NCBI GenBank assembly: GCA_051251855.1
Contig: JBPOGI010000001.1
Span: 1,504,001 to 1,568,000 of the forward strand
Reading direction: 5' to 3'
Source of the DNA: Roseibacillus sp.
GTDB lineage: Bacteria; Verrucomicrobiota; Verrucomicrobiia; Verrucomicrobiales; Akkermansiaceae
DNA: 64,000 bases
Numbering within the stretch: position 1 is the first letter of the stretch; every line of letters starts with the position of its first letter. The notes beneath the pieces are model-generated. The model saw only the letters and a program-made list of their open reading frames with translations, had not been told where the DNA came from and searched no databases. This document shows, in pieces, positions 19,615-28,381 of the stretch. A program made the translations under genes and the position numbers.

Positions 19615-21600
19615 ATGATTACTCGATTTATTCTACTGATGGCCCTAGTTGTCAGATTGGAAGGCTCATTTGAAGGGCAGTGGGCACTGGAGATGTCAAA
19701 TGGAGATGCCGGTTGGTTATCATTGAAAAAGGGAGCGGATGCATGGCAGGGTGAACTCTGGGTTGTGGGACAGGGCAAGAAGCTGCAGAAATTTTCGGAA
19801 GAGGATGAGTGCTTGGTGTTCTTTAAGAGTCTGCGGGTTGGGCCATCCGAGTTTCCGGGCGGTCCGCCGACCGGTAAGCGCTTGCCTTGTCGTCACGAGA
19901 TTCGACTCAAAGGAAATGGTATTGAAGTCGAGACAATCTTTCCCGAAGAGTCGGGACGAAATGGCAGTCAGATTCATCTCGGGAAGCGCCTGCCAGCGAT
20001 GCCACCCCGACCTGATTTGAGTGTAGTCAGGTTTGGAAGCGAAACCTCCTTATTCAATGGCCAAGACTTGGCGGGTTGGGTGTTAACAAACGACGAACAA
20101 ATCAATGGTTGGAAGGCGGCAGACAGCGAATTGGTAAACGAGACGCCGAAGATTTCCTTCGATCCTTTTTCGAAGTATGGCAACCTGCGGACAATTCAGA
20201 AGTTTGGCGATGGAAAGTTGACGATTGAATTCAATGTGCCCAAGGGAGGGAATAGTGGAATCTATCTTCGCGGGGCCTACGAAGTCCAAGTGGTCGATCG
20301 GGAGAGCAAGATGCAGGGAATCAATGGAGTGGGTGCGGTTTTCGGCCGCGTCGAGCCGACGGAGAATGCAGGCCGCGAAGGAGGTGAGTGGCAGAAATAC
20401 GAAATCACCATTGTTGATAGGCATGCCACCGTGGTTCTGAACGGGGTGACCGTCATTGATAACGAGCCCGTGATCGGCAATACGAATGGAGCCTATCAAT
20501 CCGATATCACTAAAGCGGGACCGCTCTTTCTCCAGGGAGATCACACCGCCGTCAAATATCGTAACATCACCTTTCGTCCTGTGATCGAGAAGCTGAAAGC
20601 AGATGACAAAAACCCGACGAAGAATTTTTCCGAATGGGATAAGAATCAGGATGGCATGGTGCGCAAGGACGAGCTGCCAGAAGAGTATCGGGGTGACTTT
20701 GCGTGGGCTGATTTGGATGACAATGGCGACTGGTCATTGGAAGAGGTTCGGCAGTTCTCAATCTATTGGCCTCGCATGGAGTCGGGCAAAGCGCGTTTGC
20801 CTGAAGGGGTAACGGTGTTAGAGGATGTTCCCTATGTGAAGGACGGGCATGAGCGGCAGAAGCTCGACCTCTATTTGCCAAAGGATGGCGGAACGAAGAG
20901 ACCATTGGTGGTGTGGATTCATGGTGGAGGTTGGAAGACGGGCACCAAGGAGGTCTTGAAGGGACAGGAAAGATTACTGGAAAAGGGTTTCGTGTTAGCT
21001 TCGATCAACTATCGCTTGTCGAGTCACGCGCTCTTCCCTGCTCAACTCCACGATTGTAAGGCCGCGCTGCGTTTTCTGCGCTCCCATGCGGAGAGCTACG
21101 GAATCGATGGCGTTCGAATTGGGGTTTGGGGAAGCTCTGCGGGAGGTCATTTGGCCTCCTTGATCGCTACCAGCGGTAACGTTGAGGAGTTGGAAGGTGA
21201 CATTGGAACGACAGGAGTCTCGAGTTCGGTGCAAGCGGGGGTCATGTATTTTGGCCCCACCGATTTGGTGGCTGCAGGAAAAGAAGAACAAGCGTTGAAG
21301 GAAGGCTCTGCCTTGCGTCGTCTCCTGGGAGGTTTGGCTGGAGAAGAGAAGCTCGCACTCGCTCGACAAGCATCGCCCATCGCGCATATCGATCCCGAAG
21401 ATCCTCCAATGCTCACCTTGCAAGGAACGGCAGATCCTCTGGTGCCAGCTTGGCAGGCGGAGCGTTTCCACGCCAAGCTGCTAGAGTCAGGTGTCGACTC
21501 GCAATTGATGATACAGGAGGGTGCGGGTCACGCATTCTTTGATGGTGAGCAGGAGCTCGCTGCGGTGGTCGCCTTCTTTGAGAAAACTCTGAAGGAGTGA
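19615..21600 (+). CDS. DUF1080 domain + EF-hand-like linker + alpha/beta-hydrolase (BD-FAE-like esterase) fusion
   Basis: LFNGQDLAGW, GNSGIYLRG, YEVQV and LQGDH (DUF1080). DKNQDG/DLDDNGD loops. HGGGW, GSSAG, GTADPLV and AGHAF (esterase triad). Confidence 0.85.
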   Translation: MITRFILLMALVVRLEGSFEGQWALEMSNGDAGWLSLKKGADAWQGELWVVGQGKKLQKFSEEDECLVFFKSLRVGPSEFPGGPPTGKRLPCRHEIRLKGNGIEVETIFPEESGRNGSQIHLGKRLPAMPPRPDLSVVRFGSETSLFNGQDLAGWVLTNDEQINGWKAADSELVNETPKISFDPFSKYGNLRTIQKFGDGKLTIEFNVPKGGNSGIYLRGAYEVQVVDRESKMQGINGVGAVFGRVEPTENAGREGGEWQKYEITIVDRHATVVLNGVTVIDNEPVIGNTNGAYQSDITKAGPLFLQGDHTAVKYRNITFRPVIEKLKADDKNPTKNFSEWDKNQDGMVRKDELPEEYRGDFAWADLDDNGDWSLEEVRQFSIYWPRMESGKARLPEGVTVLEDVPYVKDGHERQKLDLYLPKDGGTKRPLVVWIHGGGWKTGTKEVLKGQERLLEKGFVLASINYRLSSHALFPAQLHDCKAALRFLRSHAESYGIDGVRIGVWGSSAGGHLASLIATSGNVEELEGDIGTTGVSSSVQAGVMYFGPTDLVAAGKEEQALKEGSALRRLLGGLAGEEKLALARQASPIAHIDPEDPPMLTLQGTADPLVPAWQAERFHAKLLESGVDSQLMIQEGAGHAFFDGEQELAAVVAFFEKTLKE

Positions 21601-21843
21601 GTCACGCTACTTCTTTGTTTGAGACAATCGAAGGACGAAACCACCACGTCGCGCGAGATTGGCGACAGCCAAGACGATAGAGCCTTCGGGAGTTCTCTTG
21701 TAACAAAGGCAAAAAGTAAGGTCCGAGGCCTTTGTGATTTTCTTGAGTCTCAGCCCGTTGGCAAGGTTGAAGCTCGCGCATCTCGAGTTCTCACCCCGAC
21801 AACTCTCAAAAAATAATTGAAGGGAGACGTGACAACAATCACT

Positions 21844-23229
21844 TCAATCCCCTAGCCCATTCTGTATCCGCTTCACTTTCTCTTCGCTCAAATCAAATCG
21901 AGAAAGGACGAGGATCGCCACCAAAATCGCCACACTCGGAACAACAGTGTAGATAATGCGAATCCAGGTCACCGTTCCCTCACTTTGATTGCCACCCAAT
22001 GAGGCGTCGAATCCCGAAAGGTCCAAAACAAACCCCGAAATCACCAAGGCAACTGCGGATCCCACTCGAATCGTGAGCCCGAACACGCCTCCGAACATTC
22101 CTTCTCTTCTCTCGCCCGTGCGCTGCTCCTCCAAATCAACAACATCAGGAATCATCGCCCGCTGTAAGTTCCAAATCGAGGTGAAGGCAAATGCCTGAAT
22201 CAAGTCCGGAATCAAAACCAGCACCGGCAAGACTGGAGTGTAACAAGGCCACTTCAACAAATTTCCAATGAGAGCGATCACAAGGGCCAATATCAGAGTT
22301 TTCTTCTTTCCGAGCAATTTCGAGAGACGGACCATCGTTGGAATTCCTAACAAAGACCCTCCGATAGCCGCATAGCCAGCCATACTCAGGATCATCCCCG
22401 AAGCACTCGACTTCTCTCCTCCGTAGACATGGTAGATAATCGTGTAGTAACCAAGGGGAGCAACCATGGTTGTCCCCACAATCAGAATCGAATTTGCTGA
22501 AACGACGAGCGCGAAGTATCGGTTTTGCAAGGTCTCTCGGGCCGCAATCAGGATCTCGAATCTTCTCTTCTTAATAGGCTTCAGCAACTTACCCTTCTCG
22601 GAAGCCACGAAGCATGGACCCAAAGCCATTGCTAAGATTAAGAAGGCGAATAAAAATCCCGCATAGCGCATTCCCTCCACCGGGTTGTCAAACATCGGAA
22701 GAGCGATGAACCAATAGAGACTCGCAACGAGAAGTCCTCCAACCTTCGCCAAAGCCGCTCGGTAAGCCATCACCGATGTCCGGCCTTGATAATCGGACGA
22801 CATCTCCATCCCCAATGCGTCGTATGGAATCGAGTAGAGAGAATTGCTGAGATACAGCAGCAAGCAGGTGCCCAAGAACCAGACGGCATAAAACTGCTGT
22901 GACATTCCCGCAGGAGCCATCCACATCAGGGCGAAGAAAATCGCGCTCAGTATTCCACCAGCTATGAGCCAAGGGGTCCGTCTCCCGAAGCGGCTGCGTG
23001 TCTTGTCTGACAAATGCCCGACAAAAGGCCCGAGTAGCGCTTCCCCAAGACGAGAAATAGCCAATACCGCACCCACCAATCTCGGGTCAACCCCTAGCGA
23101 ATCGTTAAATATCGGATTCGCCATTTGCCCCACGGAACCATTCAAGGTTCGCTCCGAGGCTCCTCCCCAACCAAAGGCCACTCTGGTCCGGAATTCAGAT
23201 TTCTTCTCGTTAACCACCTCCGCCACCAA
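21844..23229 (-). CDS. GPH-family (MFS_2) glycoside:cation symporter
   Basis: GHLSDKTRSRFGRRTPW, IPYDALGMEMSSDYQGRT, DVVDLEEQRTGERREG and about 12 hydrophobic segments. Confidence 0.92.
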   Translation of the reverse strand: MVAEVVNEKKSEFRTRVAFGWGGASERTLNGSVGQMANPIFNDSLGVDPRLVGAVLAISRLGEALLGPFVGHLSDKTRSRFGRRTPWLIAGGILSAIFFALMWMAPAGMSQQFYAVWFLGTCLLLYLSNSLYSIPYDALGMEMSSDYQGRTSVMAYRAALAKVGGLLVASLYWFIALPMFDNPVEGMRYAGFLFAFLILAMALGPCFVASEKGKLLKPIKKRRFEILIAARETLQNRYFALVVSANSILIVGTTMVAPLGYYTIIYHVYGGEKSSASGMILSMAGYAAIGGSLLGIPTMVRLSKLLGKKKTLILALVIALIGNLLKWPCYTPVLPVLVLIPDLIQAFAFTSIWNLQRAMIPDVVDLEEQRTGERREGMFGGVFGLTIRVGSAVALVISGFVLDLSGFDASLGGNQSEGTVTWIRIIYTVVPSVAILVAILVLSRFDLSEEKVKRIQNGLGD

Positions 23230-23456
23230 AGGAAGGTAGCAATCCGAAAGCAGATTGAAACAAGGAAGCAGACCCTTTTCACCCTCGCATCACTGCTTGT
23301 CCTTGATTCGGCCGCTATGCTTCTTCCTCGACCACGAGGCTTCTGAAGACCATCTACCGCTACCTCACCAAAGAAATGCTAGCATAAACTCGACACTTAA
23401 AACATCGTGTCGTGGCAATCTCCTTTGAGCAACTGAGACCCACCTTAGCTTCACCA

Positions 23457-25535
23457 ATGACTATTCCACTCACATTTATTTTATTCACTTCCTTTGCGAC
23501 CGCGCAGATGAAGGAAGCTCCCGTTTTCACTCCGAACACCACTCTCCCCTACCTCGAAGAGGGAGGTGTTCAAAGCTACTGCATCAATAGTAGCACCGGA
23601 CCTTCTCTCCGCGTGGAGGTCGGCACGAGCCATGACTGGCCATTCGCGACTCTTGTCCCCGAGGGTGGATTCGACTTTTCCGACTATGGTTCACTGAGCT
23701 TTCCTGTCACCAACTCCGGTCATCATCCAGTGCAAGTCTATTGCGTGCTAGAGAGCCAACTTCCCGACAAACCTGAAAGCCTGGTGAAGCGCCAGTTCAG
23801 CATTGAGCTCGACGTTTCAGCAGCAGGCGTCATCACCATTCCTCTTGTCGAGCACACCATGCCTGCCAACCTCAAACGCGAAGACTTCTTCGGCATGCGC
23901 GGCCTTCCCTTTTTTCATATTCATTCGCTGCATCTCAAACACATCACCAGCATCAAGTTCTACCTGAAGGGAGAGAACGTTCCCCGCGCCTTTCTTGTCG
24001 GCCCTTGGCTCCTGAATAGTCCTCCCCGCTCCGGAGACAAACCCAACGGAAGTCCCCTTCCCTTCATCGATGAGTTTGGTCAATATGTTCATCGGGACTG
24101 GCCCGGAAAGACAGGTTCGCTGCAACAAATGCGAGACCTAGCGAGCTCGCAAGCCAAGCTCCTGGATACCACTCCCCCCCCGGCCCCTTGGAATCAATAC
24201 GGTGGCCATAAAGAGGGAACCCAGCACGAAGCGACCGGATTCTTTCGGGTAGCCAACTATGAAGGCAAGTGGATTCTCATCGACCCTGAAGGCAAACCTT
24301 TCTTTTCGCTCGGCGTGGATCATGTGGGCTACTCGGCAGGAACCATCATCAATGAACGCGAGACTTGGTTCGAACAACTTCCTGCTGACGATGAAGAGCA
24401 TCAGCGATTTTACTCCACATGGAAGCCCGACATTCCCAGCTATCACTTCTACGACAAAGACAGCCGCGTCTTCAATTTTCACCGCTACAACATCATGCGC
24501 AAATATGGTGAGAACTGGGAGCAGAAGTTTCTTGAGACCACCGCTCGCCGCCTTCCTGCGTGGGGAGTCAATACTCTCGGCTGTTGGTCAGATCCCAAGC
24601 TCTTCCCTCTCCGCAAGACTCCCTATGTCGGCTTTCTAAAGCCACGGGGCCCAGCCATCGAAGGTTCCTCCGGGCACTGGGGACCCTTTCTCGATGTTTT
24701 TCACCCCGAATTTGCAGCCAGCCTTGAGCGTTTGTTAGCGAGGGAAGTGAAAGCCCAGCGCACCTCTGACCCGTGGATGATTGGGTACTTCGTCGACAAC
24801 GAGCTTTCCTGGGGAGATGCCACCTCATTGGCTCTGGGAACTCTTAAAAGCCCTCCTACCCAGAGGGCCAAGATCGTCTTCATCGCCGACCTGAAAGCAA
24901 AGTATACCGAGATCGCAAAACTCAATTCCGCATGGCAATCTAACTACGCTTCGTGGGAAGCACTCTCTAAAAGCACCACTCCCCCCGCCATCGAGCCCGC
25001 CCGGGCAGACCTCGAGGCTTTTGTCATCAAGCTCTCCAACACTTACTTCCGCAAGGTCGCGCAAGCCCTCGAGAAACACGCACCCAATCACCTCTACCTC
25101 GGTTGTCGGTTCATGAAAGGGGCCGACAACTACCACGCTGTTCAGGCCTGTGCGAAGCACTGTGATGTGGTGAGCTTCAATGCCTATGTTCGCTATCTCA
25201 GCGAAGCTCTTCCCTCTTTTGACCTTGCGGGTAACAAGCCCATCATCATTGGCGAGTTTCACTTCGGAGCCCTCGATCGCGGCATGCTGCACACCGGCCT
25301 CGTTGATGTCGCGGACCAAGAGGAACGGGCCCAAGCCTTCACCCAATACGTCACCGACTGCATCTCCCATCCAAATATTGTCGGCTGCCACTGGTTTCAA
25401 TATGCAGATTCCCCCACCACCGGCCGCCAATGGGATGGCGAGAATTACCAGATCGGATTCACCGACACTGCTGACACCCCCTACCCCGAAATCATCGCAG
25501 CCAGCCGCAAAATTGGAGAGAAACTTTACGAATAG
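23457..25535 (+). CDS. GH50 beta-agarase-like glycoside hydrolase
   Basis: Signal peptide, CBM-like N-terminal domain, FIDEFGQY, ATGFFRV, GYFVDNELSWG, IIGEFHFGALDRG, DGENYQIGF. Confidence 0.85.
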   Translation: MTIPLTFILFTSFATAQMKEAPVFTPNTTLPYLEEGGVQSYCINSSTGPSLRVEVGTSHDWPFATLVPEGGFDFSDYGSLSFPVTNSGHHPVQVYCVLESQLPDKPESLVKRQFSIELDVSAAGVITIPLVEHTMPANLKREDFFGMRGLPFFHIHSLHLKHITSIKFYLKGENVPRAFLVGPWLLNSPPRSGDKPNGSPLPFIDEFGQYVHRDWPGKTGSLQQMRDLASSQAKLLDTTPPPAPWNQYGGHKEGTQHEATGFFRVANYEGKWILIDPEGKPFFSLGVDHVGYSAGTIINERETWFEQLPADDEEHQRFYSTWKPDIPSYHFYDKDSRVFNFHRYNIMRKYGENWEQKFLETTARRLPAWGVNTLGCWSDPKLFPLRKTPYVGFLKPRGPAIEGSSGHWGPFLDVFHPEFAASLERLLAREVKAQRTSDPWMIGYFVDNELSWGDATSLALGTLKSPPTQRAKIVFIADLKAKYTEIAKLNSAWQSNYASWEALSKSTTPPAIEPARADLEAFVIKLSNTYFRKVAQALEKHAPNHLYLGCRFMKGADNYHAVQACAKHCDVVSFNAYVRYLSEALPSFDLAGNKPIIIGEFHFGALDRGMLHTGLVDVADQEERAQAFTQYVTDCISHPNIVGCHWFQYADSPTTGRQWDGENYQIGFTDTADTPYPEIIAASRKIGEKLYE

Positions 25536-25633
25536 AGAGCTCCTCTTTTTCATTTCCCACAAATTTCCTCGTTAGGTTCGCCCCGCGAAGGAAGTCTTTT
25601 TATGGTAGCATTCTCGCTTGCCACCTAGACCTC

Positions 25634-26272
25634 ATGAAAATCACAACTCTCTCTCTCCTCTTCGCTCTCGCTGCTACCGCAGAAGAGGAAACCACCAAAT
25701 TCATCTCTGGCAGCACTGGCAACGGTGATTTCGAAGCTTCCGAACCCGATGCCGAAGGGGCTCAAGAATGGCAAGACACTCCTCATTGGTTTCACCTCAA
25801 CGGCGTCGAGACCACCGCAGGAAACTTCACTCACGATCAAGGGACCTTAGGTAGTCCGCAAGCCAGCTCCCGCGCTGCTCTTGCCTACAAAGGCCCGGTC
25901 ACAGTCAACGACACCGGATACAAAGTCACCAAAGCTGGCGAAGTTATCGATGTGAGCTATGCCATGGGACGATTTGGAAACGGCTACGACGGCGACGAGT
26001 CACTGCGTGTCTTCTTATTCACTACTGAAAAAGCGATTAACGGTATGCTTGCCAGCGCAGACGTTATCGAAGTCGCCGAAGAAAAAATCGCGGTGCAAGC
26101 TCCTCCTGCTGAAGTTTGGAATACTTATGCTTCCAAAGAACTCTACACCACTACTGCCGACGATGTTGGAAAGACTCTCTATTTTGGCTTCGAACTTGAG
26201 AATAAGTCAGGAGAAGCCGTCTTCCCGAGGGTCGATCTGATTGAAGTTTCGGCGAAAAAAGTGGCAAAATAG
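25634..26272 (+). CDS. Secreted single-domain protein (unnamed GSTGN..FPRxD domain)
   Basis: Signal peptide; clearly homologous to the products of 26494..27261 and 32130..34202. Confidence 0.8.
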   Translation: MKITTLSLLFALAATAEEETTKFISGSTGNGDFEASEPDAEGAQEWQDTPHWFHLNGVETTAGNFTHDQGTLGSPQASSRAALAYKGPVTVNDTGYKVTKAGEVIDVSYAMGRFGNGYDGDESLRVFLFTTEKAINGMLASADVIEVAEEKIAVQAPPAEVWNTYASKELYTTTADDVGKTLYFGFELENKSGEAVFPRVDLIEVSAKKVAK

Positions 26273-26493
26273 TAATCAGTGAGAAACAGCCTTTCAGCAG
26301 GTTGATTTGGGGCTGAATTTAAACAAAAAATACGTGAGGTTTTAACCACAGCGGAAGTGATCTATTGGAGCTAAGAATCCTTAGGAACGTCTTGGATGTG
26401 AATGAGCGGCAATAGCTACCGAAAAGTAAACCAAACACAACCAATCAGGGCTGTTCTCTCCGAGACAAGCTACTTCACAAACGTAAAAAACTC

Positions 26494-27261
26494 ATGAAAA
26501 AAAATAATATCAAGCTACTCGCAATCCCAAGCGCGCTCACGCTAGCTGCGCTGTCGCAGACGGCCTCTGCTGTGGTCATTTTAGGAGGATCAACCGGCAA
26601 TGCTGATTTCCAAGCCACCACAACCTACCCAAACGGAGGCGGCAATACCGCTCCCTTTTCTAATACTGCTGGCTGGGTAAATATAGGCGGAAGCGAAACA
26701 GGGCCTAGCTTTGGCGCTGCGAATCAACTGAATGCCAGCCCTGATCCCGCGCACGATCCCAAACAAGGTGCCTTCCTGAGCGTTGGTAACGAAGCGGCCA
26801 ACACCACCGGATACACCATCGCTGCTGCTGGCGAAGTCTTCGACACCTCTCTATTCTTGGGTGCCACCGGAGGGTCTGCTGGTTATGGCGATGCTGATCC
26901 AAATGCCCCAGGGAACGGCAACCTTGACGACGAGATGGTGACCATCTTTCTCTTTACCGCACTGGCTCCCGTCGATGACTCCACAGCGCTGGCCAATATT
27001 ACCAGACTGGCCTCGGCGTCATTTGACTTGGACCGATTGGTTTTCGGCACCCAAACTGTCCCGAACTTCTACACCTCCACCGCAGGTGATATTGGTGAAA
27101 CAGTCTACTTTGGCATCGAACTTATCAACCCCACCGGAGGCAATCCCTTCCCCCGTATTGACGTAGTCACTCTTGACGTGACACCTGTCCCAGAGCCAGC
27201 TTCCGCTGCCCTTCTCGGATTTGGAGCCCTCGGATTATTCGCTCGTAGAAAACGCGCTTAG
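26494..27261 (+). CDS. PEP-CTERM surface protein (unnamed GSTGN..FPRxD domain)
   Basis: Signal peptide; C-terminus VPEPASAALLGFGALGLFARRKRA. Confidence 0.92.
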   Translation: MKKNNIKLLAIPSALTLAALSQTASAVVILGGSTGNADFQATTTYPNGGGNTAPFSNTAGWVNIGGSETGPSFGAANQLNASPDPAHDPKQGAFLSVGNEAANTTGYTIAAAGEVFDTSLFLGATGGSAGYGDADPNAPGNGNLDDEMVTIFLFTALAPVDDSTALANITRLASASFDLDRLVFGTQTVPNFYTSTAGDIGETVYFGIELINPTGGNPFPRIDVVTLDVTPVPEPASAALLGFGALGLFARRKRA

Positions 27262-27293
27262 TTCGAACTCGATAATTTCCTCAATTTTAAGAG

Positions 27294-27323
27294 AGCCGAC
27301 TCCAGTATTGGAGTCGGCTTTTT
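27294..27323 (+). terminator. Rho-independent terminator
   Basis: AGCCGACTCCA-gtat-TGGAGTCGGCT followed by TTTT, downstream of the PEP-CTERM gene. Confidence 0.85.
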
Positions 27324-27562
27324 CATGTTGGTCGCACTGCTTCTTCCCTGAATTATTCAGAAAAATAAAGTGAGCTATGGTCAAAGGGGTCAAAATACAG
27401 AGACCAATATCCCGAAAAGATCTCGGAGGTAACGCCCATTGACCCCATAGAACTAGTGCTCCGTATTCCTCATAAATGAATGATAGAATTTTCTATTTTG
27501 AAGGGTTTGATTCAGCTCCCTTTGGTCGTCGAAGAACACTAGGACTATTGGCTAATCCGCTG

Positions 27563-28378
27563 CTACTCTTTCTCGGCAGTCTTTCGCTTCTCAGTTTTGA
27601 AAGCAGGAACATCGTAAAACTTCTTCAGCAGGACAGGACGGTTCTTATCTCCACTATCAAAGGCGAACAAGAAGCTCCGTCTCTCCGGACGGTGACCCCA
27701 CACTGAAGAATAGACCGAATCGATTCTCTTCTGCTTCGCATTTTGAATCCCTAACGACACGTTCACCGAGCCCATCTTGCGACTCCAGGCCGCTCCAGTG
27801 ATCTCAGCGACCTTTCCCGAATCCACCGCTACTTGCGAATTCTTGTCTTGGAAGATAAGAAAGACCTTTTGTTTCGAAAAATTGAAGATGCGATAGTCGC
27901 CCTCCTTTAATGAGCGATCGTCCACCGGGTAAGCTTTCACTCCTGGTGTCTTCGCCTTTTTATTAGGAAAGGCAAAAACCAACAAAGCCCGATCACTCGT
28001 CTTGGGCAATGTCGCCACCACCGCGGGCTTGGGCTTTTCTTTATCCTTTTCCGGTGGGTTCAAATCATTCTTGCTTCGAAAAAATTCCAAACGTCTTGGC
28101 CCCTGATAAAAGACGGGAGGACTAATCCCTTGAGTCCCTGCCGCCAGCTGCACAATTTCGCCGCCATTGCGGTAAAAAAAACCCGGTGAAATCATCCCGT
28201 TAAAGGTGATGGTGATGAGCTCGGTCTTCACGATCTCAGGCTGGTCTTGAGCCTGAACCTCCGAACCGAAGGAAAGAAAGAGCAAGGAAACAAGAGCCCA
28301 CTCGCGGATGCTGCTTTTTAGTTTTACTACTGGCATAGAAATTTTAGTTACGGAGAACCTGCGGAAGGGTTTCTTCAC
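27563..28378 (-). CDS. Exported partner protein of giant pilin-leader protein 2 (start GTG 28378 or ATG 28336)
   Basis: Immediately downstream of the giant gene, with a signal peptide. Paralog of 57101..57820 (VKTE, GDY..FNFS, VYSS.WGHR, DVP). Confidence 0.78.
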   Translation of the reverse strand: MKKPFRRFSVTKISMPVVKLKSSIREWALVSLLFLSFGSEVQAQDQPEIVKTELITITFNGMISPGFFYRNGGEIVQLAAGTQGISPPVFYQGPRRLEFFRSKNDLNPPEKDKEKPKPAVVATLPKTSDRALLVFAFPNKKAKTPGVKAYPVDDRSLKEGDYRIFNFSKQKVFLIFQDKNSQVAVDSGKVAEITGAAWSRKMGSVNVSLGIQNAKQKRIDSVYSSVWGHRPERRSFLFAFDSGDKNRPVLLKKFYDVPAFKTEKRKTAEKE

Positions 28379-28381
28379 CCA

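Noticed and set aside
27375..27450. GGGGTCAA...TTGACCCC long-loop inverted repeat between convergent genes
   Set aside because: Short stem and single copy, insufficient to call an ncRNA or MITE.
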